Below, piece after piece: positions 39,563-49,351 of a stretch of DNA of 64,000 nucleotides. The stretch comes from a virus, in IMG/VR virus record IMGVR_UViG_3300008448_000040, positions 14,725 through 78,724 of that record; one strand, 5' to 3'. Position 1 is the stretch's first letter. Every line of letters starts with the position of its first letter. A program made the translations under genes and the position numbers. The notes under the pieces are model-generated. The model was not told the origin of the DNA. It was given only the letters and a program-made list of their open reading frames with translations, and did not search any database.

Positions 39563-39592
39563 ATTATATTGGAGCGTGGAAATTAGGTCAAC
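39563..39592 (-). promoter_or_regulatory. Early promoter
   Basis: TTGACC-17-TATAAT. Confidence 0.8.
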
Positions 39593-39620
39593 AAAAAAGT
39601 TCTTCTGTAAAATCAAGGAG

Positions 39621-39971
39621 TTAGTCGCAATCGAACCAAATATCTCTGCCTGATCTCTTAGATCTCAGGTCTTCCTCATAGTAATCTGGAGCGATTGGTT
39701 CACCCATATCTTCCTCTGTGGGCATTTCGATTGTGGAGTCGTTCTTGATTAGCCTAGCGGCATTGGCGATGTGGGATAGTTTCCACTTGTGAGTCTCTGC
39801 TGCTTCAGTCTTGTAGTACGCAGCAACAGAGATTGATTTGTTTATCTTGTCAAGATCAGAGTGCTCTCTGACGTTCGCACAGCTCCTACTACAAAACAAT
39901 CCTGGTTTTGTATGCTGTGCATTGCAGCGAGGACACTGCTTGCTAGAAATAATCTTCTTCGGGCGGCCCAT
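39621..39971 (-). CDS. Hypothetical Zn-binding protein
   Basis: CPRC...FCSRSCAN. Confidence 0.6.
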   Translation of the reverse strand: MGRPKKIISSKQCPRCNAQHTKPGLFCSRSCANVREHSDLDKINKSISVAAYYKTEAAETHKWKLSHIANAARLIKNDSTIEMPTEEDMGEPIAPDYYEEDLRSKRSGRDIWFDCD

Positions 39972-40176
39972 TGAAATACTTCTTAGCTTTATCTACAGCT
40001 TCTTCTAGAGTAACGGCAAGAACTTTAACATAAGCTACTCCATTGTTGATGTACATATCAAAAGGAACTTCACCCTGAAACGAGAATCCTTCTGGAACCT
40101 TCACAACAACTTCCCACTCTTTAAGATTCTTTATTCTGGTTATAACTTTGTCGATGTCTTGCCTATTCATGATCAC
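39943..40176 (-). CDS. Hypothetical protein
   Basis: Coupled ORF. Confidence 0.6.
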   Translation of the reverse strand: MIMNRQDIDKVITRIKNLKEWEVVVKVPEGFSFQGEVPFDMYINNGVAYVKVLAVTLEEAVDKAKKYFNGPPEEDYF

Positions 40177-40730
40177 TCCATTTGGTCAAAGTTTCTTGTA
40201 AACCACATTGCGAGAGTAAATCTTGTACCACTCATGATCTCCTTGACACCATGCTTCATGTCCGAAGGAAATACTGCGAGAGATCCTACCTCTGGTTTTA
40301 CTTCATAACCAGACTCAAAAAAAGTCTCTCCACCAAAGTAATTGGTATTAAGATAAAGTACGCAGCTGAAGTGTCTGTTTTTTAAGTAACTATCTCTGGG
40401 ATCATTTTTACCCATACCATTATCAACATGGAGATCCATCCTCCTACCTTCAACCCACATCACAAGATCTGTGTAGTGGGGATAGACTGGCTCATTAGCA
40501 TATAAACAAACCCTTTGACCTATTGCATATCTGACTTTGTCTAACTGCTTTTTGATGTGAGCATCGACGTCTTGATATCCAACCGAATCATTTTCATGCC
40601 AAGGAAAATTGTTTAAGTTTCTGTCCTTAGGTGTAGAAACTTTGTCTAAAATGTAGTTCATTAACGAATCACATTGTATGTCGTCAAGTACATTATGGTA
40701 AGTTTTCATTTCGTTATAGTTCCTATACAT
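40173..40730 (-). CDS. 2OG-Fe(II) oxygenase (prolyl-hydroxylase-like)
   Basis: HVD, LYLN..GGE, HGV..GTR. Confidence 0.85.
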   Translation of the reverse strand: MYRNYNEMKTYHNVLDDIQCDSLMNYILDKVSTPKDRNLNNFPWHENDSVGYQDVDAHIKKQLDKVRYAIGQRVCLYANEPVYPHYTDLVMWVEGRRMDLHVDNGMGKNDPRDSYLKNRHFSCVLYLNTNYFGGETFFESGYEVKPEVGSLAVFPSDMKHGVKEIMSGTRFTLAMWFTRNFDQME

Positions 40731-40732
40731 AA

Positions 40733-41389
40733 TTAAAGTTCATCAGCCTGCATTCTTTTCATAACAGCATGAGCTGATTTTCTAATAATATCAAGCTCAG
40801 TTTTATCTTCAGTATGAAAATGAAACCAGCTAGTAACAATAGTTTTGTATTGTGTGTTGGAAATGTTTCCTCTATGAGTGAACATCCATTCAGCAGGAGC
40901 AATCAGAGTCAATCCTCTTTCTGGCTTAATTTTTATTTTTTGATACATGAACTCTGTTTCACCACAGTCATCAATATCATTCAAATAGGTTATCCAAAAA
41001 AAAGCTCTTAGCAAATTAGGTAATGTGATAGTAGAACGCTCACAGTGCCAAGCAGGATAACCTCCTCCAGGAGGGTACCGCTGAATGTTAACACTTTCCA
41101 TGTGAGCTATACCACAAATATTCTCTAAACACCTTGTCTCTTTTATGTAAGTATCCATACATGGAGTTACAATATTCTGCATGTAGTTGTTGAATACATC
41201 TGGATCAAGTAACGGTAAATCAAAGCTGTGTTTTACATCTTTATTGACAATAAAATGAGAAGTTTTTCCTTCCTCTGCCATATGAGTGTGTTCGTTATAA
41301 TAAAGAGTAATATCTTCAATTATATCTAATCTCTCAGTGTAATATGCTTTAATAAAATCTTGCGATTCATTTATTTCATGTGGCCTCAT
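40733..41389 (-). CDS. 2OG-Fe(II) oxygenase
   Basis: WHCE, YLND..GETEF, THRG. Confidence 0.85.
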   Translation of the reverse strand: MRPHEINESQDFIKAYYTERLDIIEDITLYYNEHTHMAEEGKTSHFIVNKDVKHSFDLPLLDPDVFNNYMQNIVTPCMDTYIKETRCLENICGIAHMESVNIQRYPPGGGYPAWHCERSTITLPNLLRAFFWITYLNDIDDCGETEFMYQKIKIKPERGLTLIAPAEWMFTHRGNISNTQYKTIVTSWFHFHTEDKTELDIIRKSAHAVMKRMQADEL

Positions 41390-41401
41390 GTTTCTCCCAA
41401 T

Positions 41402-41434
41402 AAAAAAACCCTGCCACTGTATTTAGTGGCAGGG
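41402..41434 (-). terminator. Intrinsic terminator with CTAAATA at its loop
   Basis: CCCTGCCACT-AAATAC-AGTGGCAGGG followed by T7. Confidence 0.85.
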
Positions 41435-41449
41435 AACAAGCTCTATGTG

Positions 41450-41974
41450 TTAGCGCTTGAAGACTCGTGAAACATAGTAATATGCATTTGCATATGTAAT
41501 GTTAAGATCAGAAGCAATCATCTGAGCGATCTCTCCATTGGTCTTGTCCTTGTTTGCATCAAAGATAGCCTTAGCACGATCCTTTTTGTCATTAGACTTA
41601 GTAGACTTGATAGCCTTAACTCTGGTCGTGGATGTAGATGATGCTACCTCATCTGGATTGAACACATAAGGCATAGTCTTCTTGATCTTCTCGAGCTTAG
41701 AGTCAGCGACTGCAATAGCTTCAGGACGATCGTAATCAGGTTGAATTATTGCTTGCTCAACAAGCGCTTTGGCAATAATACGAGCAGAAGCGAGATCATA
41801 CTGATCACTACCGCCAAGATCAGAGATGATAGAGTTAGCATAAGATAACGGATCTGAGGATAGTCCAATATCTTCACCAACTTGTTGAATAGCTTTGACA
41901 ACTGAATCAGTCTTGATACCATATTGTTTGAGTACTTGCTTACCATTGATCACAGCAGACATATATTTCTCCAT
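41450..41974 (-). CDS. Hypothetical protein, possible C-terminal DNA-binding domain
   Basis: ITYANAYYY C-terminus; own promoter and terminator. Confidence 0.6.
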   Translation of the reverse strand: MEKYMSAVINGKQVLKQYGIKTDSVVKAIQQVGEDIGLSSDPLSYANSIISDLGGSDQYDLASARIIAKALVEQAIIQPDYDRPEAIAVADSKLEKIKKTMPYVFNPDEVASSTSTTRVKAIKSTKSNDKKDRAKAIFDANKDKTNGEIAQMIASDLNITYANAYYYVSRVFKR

Positions 41975-42004
41975 AATAAAATATTAACTAAGTACAACAA
42001 TGTT

Positions 42005-42034
42005 ATAGTAAGTTATTTGGAAAAATAAGTCAAC
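42005..42034 (-). promoter_or_regulatory. Early promoter
   Basis: TTGACT-17-TACTAT. Confidence 0.6.
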
Positions 42035-42050
42035 ACCCTGGTTTCATGCG

Positions 42051-42437
42051 CTATTTGATGAACATCATCATCAGTCCTGGAACAACTTTGCCAAAGTTTT
42101 CTGATGTTTTTTTGAAGAAATCACGATCTGCATCATAATTATCATTGGAACGTACTGCATCAAAACGAGGAATACCACCTTGCACGGACTGACTCATGTG
42201 AACAGAGTTATCGACTTTCGCGCCAGGAGAATTGACAATCATTGTACCAATCGTAATGTTATCACCACTGACGATTGGACCACCTCGAGGTCTAGGAGTA
42301 TTTGATGTTGATCTAACTATCTTATGCTCAACAATAACATCTTCCATGTAAACAGAACCTTGTTCTTGTTTAGTGGATGCACAACCAACAACACTAGTTA
42401 TTGTCAAAAATGTTAATGCAGCTCTCAATGTATTCAC
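42051..42437 (-). CDS. Putative lipoprotein
   Basis: Signal peptide with VVGC lipobox. Confidence 0.55.
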   Translation of the reverse strand: MNTLRAALTFLTITSVVGCASTKQEQGSVYMEDVIVEHKIVRSTSNTPRPRGGPIVSGDNITIGTMIVNSPGAKVDNSVHMSQSVQGGIPRFDAVRSNDNYDADRDFFKKTSENFGKVVPGLMMMFIK

Positions 42438-43050
42438 TTGGATCTTTCACATACACCTGAGGACTATCGTTGTCCACGGCGATCATAATAACAATCTGTT
42501 CAACATCTAGATCATATCTCTCTTTCACCATCAAAGCATAGGCAGTAGATTGTATGAAATAGTTCTGGATCCATTCTTCTCTTTTAGGTTTGTTTGCAGT
42601 CTTGTAATCTAGAACTGTAACTTTACCATTGTACTTACAGATAAGATCGGAAGTACCTGCTGCACGTAGTCTATCTGAGTAGAGTGGATATTCGATACCA
42701 TACACCTCATCAACATATTTGTCAACAAAAGGTTGAAGATCTAGAAACAAAGAGGTTGTTGTTGGCATTTTGTTCAACGCAAAGTCTTCTGAGTTACCAA
42801 TGTAGTCTTCCATCATTGTATGTAACTTAGTTCCTCTGTTCGATGCTTTGCTAGCAATTCGATTGGCTTCTTGTTCACCGACCTTACTTCTCCACTTTGC
42901 TATGCCATCTGCAGATAGTTTTGAAAGTATGGTAGTGACAGAACGATATCTGTCACCATTTGGAGTTACATAGTATCTTTTACCATCAACCTCTACTCTC
43001 GGTATTTCAAGTCTAGGAAGTAATTTATGCTCGAAGTATTTTGTTCTCAC
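42394..43050 (-). CDS. PD-(D/E)xK exonuclease (RecB/Cas4-like)
   Basis: SVTTIL, RGTKLH, AGTSD, LDYKT, Q.TAYA. Confidence 0.85.
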   Translation of the reverse strand: MRTKYFEHKLLPRLEIPRVEVDGKRYYVTPNGDRYRSVTTILSKLSADGIAKWRSKVGEQEANRIASKASNRGTKLHTMMEDYIGNSEDFALNKMPTTTSLFLDLQPFVDKYVDEVYGIEYPLYSDRLRAAGTSDLICKYNGKVTVLDYKTANKPKREEWIQNYFIQSTAYALMVKERYDLDVEQIVIMIAVDNDSPQVYVKDPSEYIESCINIFDNN

Positions 43051-43349
43051 TAACCTAACCCATGTTTCTTTTTAACTTGATCAGTTTTCACTTGAGCAGC
43101 TGTCCTTGTAACAGTTTTATTTGCCAATTGACTACTGGGATGCGCTTCTGCAACTTTAGAAATAACTTCTTTGAAACCAGAATCGGTTTTGATGCCTCCC
43201 ACACCACCAATTATGTTAAGTGTATCAGAGGGATCAAAGTATCTTTGGAGATGAGGATTGTCTTTGATGAACGAATCATAGTCAGATATACGGACTATAT
43301 GTTCCTCAACATTATTCGAAAGTGTATTTAGGAAAGTATACTTTGCCAT
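43050..43349 (-). CDS. Conserved hypothetical T4-like protein
   Basis: GFKEVISKVAEAHP motif. Confidence 0.65.
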   Translation of the reverse strand: MAKYTFLNTLSNNVEEHIVRISDYDSFIKDNPHLQRYFDPSDTLNIIGGVGGIKTDSGFKEVISKVAEAHPSSQLANKTVTRTAAQVKTDQVKKKHGLG

Positions 43350-44847
43350 ATTGTTCAGTATAAATTTTGTTACCTATCACAAGATAGTCTAGATGTGTAT
43401 TGTAATAAAGTTGTTCAGCGTTATGGGTATAGCCAGCAATAGGCTTTCCACCGAGATTCAAACTTGTATTGAGAAGAACAGGACATCCTGTCAACTCATG
43501 AAACTTCTCTAATAACTTTCTGAAGTGGCCACTATCAGGTTCTACAGTCTGTACCCTGCACGTACCATCAACATGAGTAATAGCATCTAGTTTATCAGTC
43601 TTGGCTTTACCAACATAAAGCATGTATGGGTTATCAAACTCTAGATCAAAATACTCTTCACGATATTCTGAAAGAATAGAAGCACCAAATGGTCTGTACT
43701 GCTCTCTCTTTTTGATCTTGTTGATAATCTCTCTTCCGTTTTGTATTCTTGGATCCATTAGAATAGATCTATTACCAAGAGCTCTGGGACCAATCTCCCC
43801 ACTACCTTGATACCAAGCTACTGTTTTGCCATGTGATAGAACTTTTGCTACAAAGTCTATCACATCGTCTGTGGGCTCATCGCTAGGAGCTTCATCTGTC
43901 TGACTGAATGGAAAATTGGTAAGTTCAATTCTAGGTTGATCATATTTTCTTCTAAGCCACTCCACTGCACCTATGCTGATGCCATCATCTGCTGAGTGGG
44001 GTAAGATAACTAAGTTCTTGAAATGTTTCTTGAGAACAGTGTTCCATATTACATTCTGAGCAACTCCACCAGAATAAAAAATGACGTCATCTGGCTTACA
44101 GTGTTTTTGGAAAAACGATAGAATAACTTCGCCAGCTTTAACATGAACTGTATTGATCCAGTCAAGCATGCGTTGTTTACCCAGCAAAGGATCTCCAATA
44201 TAGTCATTCCATCTATTAAAGTTGAACAACATCTTGGCGTTGTAGATGTCGGCAAAACTTAGTGTGTCAAAATACTTTTTATCAAACTTACCATATGACT
44301 GGAGTCCCATGACTTTACCAGCAATATCTACTTCATGTCCGTAGCTAATGCCGGCAAACTTTCCAAACTCATTCATTAACAACCCAATCGACCCATGTGC
44401 CCATACATCACCCGCTTCGACAAGATTACCTTTCTTGAATACTGACCAAGGAACTTCATTGTCACCAATACCATCAATGATAATTGAGACGTCAGGTTCC
44501 ATATATGGAACATAACTTAAGGCGTGAGCATAGTGATGGTCTATCTGATAGACATCACATGGAACAGGAAACCCCGTGCATTTTTTGACTAGATCAGATG
44601 AAGCACCTTGAGCGTCAGAAATAAACTCGTTGATTGTAGTCTCTTCCATAGAGATACATATTTTATCTATCTCATCAACAGAGACTCCGAACGCTCGTTT
44701 AACATCACCCCTCCAATCAAATAGACCCATTGAAGCGTGATGCTTTTCTTGTTTACTTCTTTCAGTTTTGTGGTACCTTAACTTTTCACCATCATATAAA
44801 GTAAAGTTACTATCATGAGCGTTGATTCTCAATCCCAATAATTTCAT
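43312..44847 (-). CDS. NodU/CmcH-family carbamoyltransferase
   Basis: HDS, HHYAHA, DGIG, GKVMGL, GPRALGNRSIL, HVDGTCRVQTV, LLNTSLN. Confidence 0.92.
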   Translation of the reverse strand: MKLLGLRINAHDSNFTLYDGEKLRYHKTERSKQEKHHASMGLFDWRGDVKRAFGVSVDEIDKICISMEETTINEFISDAQGASSDLVKKCTGFPVPCDVYQIDHHYAHALSYVPYMEPDVSIIIDGIGDNEVPWSVFKKGNLVEAGDVWAHGSIGLLMNEFGKFAGISYGHEVDIAGKVMGLQSYGKFDKKYFDTLSFADIYNAKMLFNFNRWNDYIGDPLLGKQRMLDWINTVHVKAGEVILSFFQKHCKPDDVIFYSGGVAQNVIWNTVLKKHFKNLVILPHSADDGISIGAVEWLRRKYDQPRIELTNFPFSQTDEAPSDEPTDDVIDFVAKVLSHGKTVAWYQGSGEIGPRALGNRSILMDPRIQNGREIINKIKKREQYRPFGASILSEYREEYFDLEFDNPYMLYVGKAKTDKLDAITHVDGTCRVQTVEPDSGHFRKLLEKFHELTGCPVLLNTSLNLGGKPIAGYTHNAEQLYYNTHLDYLVIGNKIYTEQYGKVYFPKYTFE

Positions 44848-44848
44848 A

Positions 44849-45097
44849 TTATTCTTTCACTGACCACTCATCCTTTTTCTGAGTCTTAGTATTTTTTCTA
44901 GGAGTTCTTTTTTTAGGCGTGTTCTCTTTCGGAATTTCATCTAGTGTAGGCGCTATGCGCGGTTTAGGGGTTGGTGGATGTCTTTTCTTCCAGACCCAGT
45001 TGGAAAGGGAAATGAGTCCGCTTTCAACCCAGTCCATTACTTTATTGTGCCAAAACCAATCTTTATCGTTCATCCCAGTGCTCCTCTTCTCTAGCAA
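44849..45097 (-). CDS. Hypothetical protein
   Basis: Co-directional ORF; start uncertain. Confidence 0.5.
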   Translation of the reverse strand: MLEKRSTGMNDKDWFWHNKVMDWVESGLISLSNWVWKKRHPPTPKPRIAPTLDEIPKENTPKKRTPRKNTKTQKKDEWSVKE

Positions 45098-45251
45098 AAT
45101 CTAGTTCGTCGTAAAAAACCTCATATCGTTTATTTTTTAAAGCTCTATCTATGTATTTAACCGATTTATCACTAGCTTCTTTTTTTATTGCTTTTGAAAC
45201 ATGGTGTTGTTTCTCGTCAATAGAACGAAACTGTTTATTAGTCTTTCCCAT
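45063..45251 (-). CDS. Hypothetical protein
   Basis: Co-directional ORF. Confidence 0.55.
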   Translation of the reverse strand: MGKTNKQFRSIDEKQHHVSKAIKKEASDKSVKYIDRALKNKRYEVFYDELDFAREEEHWDER

Positions 45252-45252
45252 C

Positions 45253-45669
45253 TCAATTCTCTAGTAGTCCTGGATATATCTCTTGAACAAATTTCTTAGT
45301 TATATTCTTGTAAGGTATCTTTTTATCTTTGACACCTAACAACAGCTTAGCATCGTTTTGATCAACAGTTTCAAGAAGCTGAACAAACAAATACTCTCTT
45401 CTAGAAGGTTTGAGGTTTGGATTACCACCTTCTATGAACAAATAAAGTCTTCGAAGCTCACTATACAAAATTCCTTCTTGATCAGGAAGTGTATTTGGTT
45501 TGTATGGAGGCTCGCCTTCTGGAAGAAGGAATTTGACCTTTTCATCGTATGTATATTTAAGCAATGCTCTCAAAGCTGGAGAGTCATTTCTTCTTAAATA
45601 CTCTATACGTTCTTGTTTAGTTTCAAGCTCCGAAGCAGTCTTCAGGATTTCAGACAAACTATATTTCAT
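45253..45669 (-). CDS. Conserved T4-like protein downstream of rnh
   Basis: LPEGEPPY, RREYLFVQLLE. Confidence 0.7.
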   Translation of the reverse strand: MKYSLSEILKTASELETKQERIEYLRRNDSPALRALLKYTYDEKVKFLLPEGEPPYKPNTLPDQEGILYSELRRLYLFIEGGNPNLKPSRREYLFVQLLETVDQNDAKLLLGVKDKKIPYKNITKKFVQEIYPGLLEN

Positions 45670-46514
45670 TAAAAATCTCCAGCGTGTTCCATTAATATTT
45701 TCAACTTATGTTCCTGAAGGTAACCAATAATATTTACCTTTTTAGGTGTCGCAAGCTGAGCTTTGTATTCGTCAAGAATCTTTTTGACTATTGTTTCAGG
45801 TATGTGAGCAAGGCTAATTAGTTTTAGATTTCTTTCAATACCAATTTTAAGTTCTGGTACATTCATAACATCTGCCCAAGGCATATCAAGCCACATATTG
45901 AGCTTTTGTTTATTGACTGGCCTTTGTCGTATGCCATCCACAAAACAATTATCACTAGACAGAGCATTAGGAATCCCATCACCACTATCACCTTTGATCA
46001 CTAACTCTTTCAAGTAGCGTTTAGGATCTTCGACTTGTACATTTCGTTTGCGAATAGGATCAAACTGAATCACTCGTTCATTGTGAAGTTGAATGAAGTC
46101 TTTGTCAGCAGAGAGAATCAATACATCCTCTTCACTGTTCATACAGAGAGCTGCAATAATGTCATCAGCCTCACAGTTATCTATTTGAATAACAGTGTAT
46201 GGTAGATATTGTTTAACTTCATCTCTAATCTTGTTTAGAGTCTCAAAGAGAGATGGCCAGTCAATATCACTTTCCTCTCTAGCTTTCTTTCTACCTGCTT
46301 TGTAGTAAGGAAATATTTCTTTACGCCAATAGTTCTTATCATCACAAGCAATAACCATTTGACCATATATCTTGCCAAATTTCTGATTGTATAGACGAAG
46401 TGAGTTGAGGATCATGTGGCGAACAAGACCCTCCTCAACAGCAAGGTTAGTATGGTTACCAATCTGCATCATCAAGTTAGAGATGCAGACTTGGTTAAAG
46501 TCAATGATAATCAT
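45669..46514 (-). CDS. rnh: T4-type RNase H (5'-3' exonuclease)
   Basis: WRKEIFPYYKAGR, EADDII, SADKDFIQL, GDSGDGIPN. Confidence 0.95.
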   Translation of the reverse strand: MIIIDFNQVCISNLMMQIGNHTNLAVEEGLVRHMILNSLRLYNQKFGKIYGQMVIACDDKNYWRKEIFPYYKAGRKKAREESDIDWPSLFETLNKIRDEVKQYLPYTVIQIDNCEADDIIAALCMNSEEDVLILSADKDFIQLHNERVIQFDPIRKRNVQVEDPKRYLKELVIKGDSGDGIPNALSSDNCFVDGIRQRPVNKQKLNMWLDMPWADVMNVPELKIGIERNLKLISLAHIPETIVKKILDEYKAQLATPKKVNIIGYLQEHKLKILMEHAGDF

Positions 46515-47461
46515 TTTGGAATATAGTCTATCCGTTTGAGATCTTTGAGCATGGATGACAACAGATTAGTCCATTGATGTTTTCTGTTATGCCAACCATA
46601 GAAAGCATCTATGTAGGCCTTTTGAGCACCTAGAGTTGTTGCAACGTCATTACTATTGTACATCCGAATCGCTTCACGAGTCAACTCATAAAATACTTTA
46701 GCATGATCACGTTGATTCTCATGCCACTGATACATCCACGTCCAGTTAGAAGCAGTCTCATACAATGCAGCATAGTTAGGATGAATACAGAACACTCCTG
46801 CAGACATAGCTTCGATCAAACTAATACAAGATGTCTCCATCCAAATGTTTGGATAAGCATAGATGTGAGCTTGTTGAAGTGCTTCTCTGATCTGTTCATT
46901 AGGAACAGAACCATGATAGTTGATCTTAGGATGTGATTTACAAACATCGAAGAGAGGTTTGTATGGTTCATCTCTTTGTTCCCATCCATAGATCTTGAAG
47001 CTCGAGTAAACATCTAGTTCAATGTTATCGAACTCTTCTGCTAACTTCTCAAACACAGGAACAAGAATCTCCAAACCTCGATGAGGTGTCGTGTGATAGA
47101 TCAACTTGATCTTGTCTTTAGGTTTCTCTACTTGTGGAATTGGTTCGATAGCATTGTGTAGAACAATACATTTGTGCCATGGCATACCATAATGTTTTTG
47201 ATACGCTTGCATCTGCCAATTAGAGACAAACACAAGTTTGTCAAATCGATTCCATCCACCATTTTTGAGATGCTCGGATTCAGGATCGCCTGGTAAATCA
47301 TGGAGCCAATATATTTTAATCTTTGAGTCATCTACCTCTCTGACTCTTGAAGGAATGATTTGAAAATATTGAAGAAGATCTTCTGAGACGTTACGATGCA
47401 ATGCCTCGAGCATGAGTTCAGTACCACCCTTAGCATTTTTTGAGAGTTCATTAACTTCCAT
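46511..47461 (-). CDS. Glycosyltransferase (GT-B, GT4-like)
   Basis: GGTE, TPHRGL, ETSCISLIEAMSAG. Confidence 0.85.
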   Translation of the reverse strand: MEVNELSKNAKGGTELMLEALHRNVSEDLLQYFQIIPSRVREVDDSKIKIYWLHDLPGDPESEHLKNGGWNRFDKLVFVSNWQMQAYQKHYGMPWHKCIVLHNAIEPIPQVEKPKDKIKLIYHTTPHRGLEILVPVFEKLAEEFDNIELDVYSSFKIYGWEQRDEPYKPLFDVCKSHPKINYHGSVPNEQIREALQQAHIYAYPNIWMETSCISLIEAMSAGVFCIHPNYAALYETASNWTWMYQWHENQRDHAKVFYELTREAIRMYNSNDVATTLGAQKAYIDAFYGWHNRKHQWTNLLSSMLKDLKRIDYIPK

Positions 47462-47637
47462 TATTCTTCACCAGAGTCAACTCGTTTCATTTTAAAGGCT
47501 TCACGCTTAGCTTTTTCATATGCTAGCTGAGCACCGACCATTGTTCGAAGGTACTCTCCACGCTCATGTCGATCAATGAAGGTAGCGAGTACGCGTTTTG
47601 TTTCTTTATTAATTTTAAAGTTACTTGAAGCTTTCAT
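47461..47637 (-). CDS. Hypothetical protein (58 aa)
   Basis: MKASSNFKINKETKR...; TAATG overlaps at both ends. Confidence 0.6.
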   Translation of the reverse strand: MKASSNFKINKETKRVLATFIDRHERGEYLRTMVGAQLAYEKAKREAFKMKRVDSGEE

Positions 47638-48374
47638 TACTTTTTCTCCATCTTCTGTAAATAATCAAATGTATCTTTCCACGACTTCACTTTCACTGTG
47701 GTGGCCTTACTTTGCCCCATCTGTATATATGCTTCTTTCAAAGATACAGCAAGCGGATAATCATTACCGCCTTCATCCATCTGGTCACCAAAAAAATACA
47801 CGTGAACGAATGGTTCAATGAAGTACTGAGCAATCTGACCCTTGTCTTTTCCTGGTTCCATAATATCAATACCAGTCTCTCCAGCAACCTGGGCTATGGC
47901 TTGACCACCAAACTTATCGTTGAACAGTTTAGCTATTTTTTTACGTTCACCATTCTTTTTATCATACTCCACATACTTAGCGCGCTGTTCTTTATCTGCA
48001 GCTCTACCAACAATGCTGAAATTGACTAGACCAATACGGTTTTCTATATGACGTTCTGTTTTACCTGTGAAAAGACTTTTGAAAAGCTGCTCATTGAGCC
48101 ACTGTACAGCTGGCTCTTTCAAAGTCCATTTACTCTGGTACATCAGCTTTCCTTTGTGATAAATAGCATTCCCAGCACAGCAGAACACAGCTTGTGCAAT
48201 GTCTAGAACATCATTACCGAGTTGTTCTTGAGTTTTAGCATAATCACTACCAGTAGCAAAATACACCTGTTTGTTGCGCATCCAGTTTTTCAACCACTTG
48301 CGGAATACAGGATCTATAGCATCCCTACTGGGTGTTACAGTACCATCTACATCAAAAATAAATACTTGTTTCAT
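47637..48374 (-). CDS. HAD-IIB phosphomannomutase-like protein
   Basis: FDVDGTVTPSR, TGSD, NFSIVGR, FFGD...GGNDY. Confidence 0.8.
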   Translation of the reverse strand: MKQVFIFDVDGTVTPSRDAIDPVFRKWLKNWMRNKQVYFATGSDYAKTQEQLGNDVLDIAQAVFCCAGNAIYHKGKLMYQSKWTLKEPAVQWLNEQLFKSLFTGKTERHIENRIGLVNFSIVGRAADKEQRAKYVEYDKKNGERKKIAKLFNDKFGGQAIAQVAGETGIDIMEPGKDKGQIAQYFIEPFVHVYFFGDQMDEGGNDYPLAVSLKEAYIQMGQSKATTVKVKSWKDTFDYLQKMEKK

Positions 48375-48400
48375 TAAAATCTCCGATCACAGATTTAGGG

Positions 48401-48430
48401 ATCTTAGTGTAAACTTTTAAATAAGTCAAC
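48401..48430 (-). promoter_or_regulatory. Early promoter
   Basis: TTGACT-17-TAAGAT. Confidence 0.65.
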
Positions 48431-48482
48431 ATAAATACCACTAGTAGTGCAGTTTTTATTATTTTTAACATATGGAGTTTTT

Positions 48483-48683
48483 ATGACCAAAATCAAACTT
48501 GAATTGACCCTTGAAGAAATTAACTTTATGATGAAGCCATTTCTAAGAATGCCATTTCAGGACGTGGCAAATTTCATAAATTACATTCAGGACCAAATTG
48601 ATCCTCAGCTCGAAGAACTAAACCTTCTTGATTCTGCTGATCCTTCCATTGGACCTGGAGAAACACCAGAAAAAGAGGAATAA
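48483..48683 (+). CDS. Hypothetical protein
   Basis: GGAG RBS; ATAAATA upstream. Confidence 0.6.
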   Translation: MTKIKLELTLEEINFMMKPFLRMPFQDVANFINYIQDQIDPQLEELNLLDSADPSIGPGETPEKEE

Positions 48684-48914
48684 ATGTTATATGGTTTTCA
48701 AATCCCAACTTTCAATATTGAGACTGTAGTGGATAAAAATGCAACTTTCTATTGTGAGTTCGTTGATTTGAAGAGGAATGGGTATCACCATTTCACTAAA
48801 GCTATTAATAATCTTACATATGATTTTTGGAGACCGTGGTTAGATATTACTGATAAAAATGTGACCCTCTATGCAGACTCATTGAAGAAAGTAATAAAAT
48901 ACAAAATAACCTAA
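48684..48914 (+). CDS. Hypothetical protein
   Basis: Coupled ORF. Confidence 0.6.
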   Translation: MLYGFQIPTFNIETVVDKNATFYCEFVDLKRNGYHHFTKAINNLTYDFWRPWLDITDKNVTLYADSLKKVIKYKIT

Positions 48915-48925
48915 AGGATTCAAAA

Positions 48926-49351
48926 ATGTTTCAATATAGATGCAGGATTAACAAAGTATTAGATGGTGATACCGTTGATATTGATCTTGACTTGGGTTTC
49001 AATATCATTCTTGCCAATCAAAGAGTCAGAATGGCAGGAATCGACACACCGGAATCTAGAACCTCTAACGAAGAGGAAAAACCTAGAGGACTCCTTTCAA
49101 AAAAGAAACTAGCAGAAAAGTTACCACTAGGATCTTGGCAAACAATTAGAACTTTGAAGTCGACAGATGTCGATGACAAGTTTGGAAGAATACTTGGTGT
49201 ATTTGTAATGGAAGATGGTAAAAGTCTTAATGAATGGTTGTGTCAAAACAACTATGCTGTGGCGTACCAAGGAGAGAATAAAGAATTGGTTCAAGAAATG
49301 CATCAGAAGAATAAACAAGTACTGATTGCAAGAGGAGAACTTAAACCTTAA
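48926..49351 (+). CDS. Thermonuclease (SNase-like)
   Basis: VLDGDT, RVRMAGIDTPE, KFGRILG. Confidence 0.88.
   Translation: MFQYRCRINKVLDGDTVDIDLDLGFNIILANQRVRMAGIDTPESRTSNEEEKPRGLLSKKKLAEKLPLGSWQTIRTLKSTDVDDKFGRILGVFVMEDGKSLNEWLCQNNYAVAYQGENKELVQEMHQKNKQVLIARGELKP

Noticed and set aside
42394-43050. Cas4-like nuclease as part of a CRISPR system
   Set aside because: No repeat-spacer array or other cas genes seen; a common T4-like exonuclease
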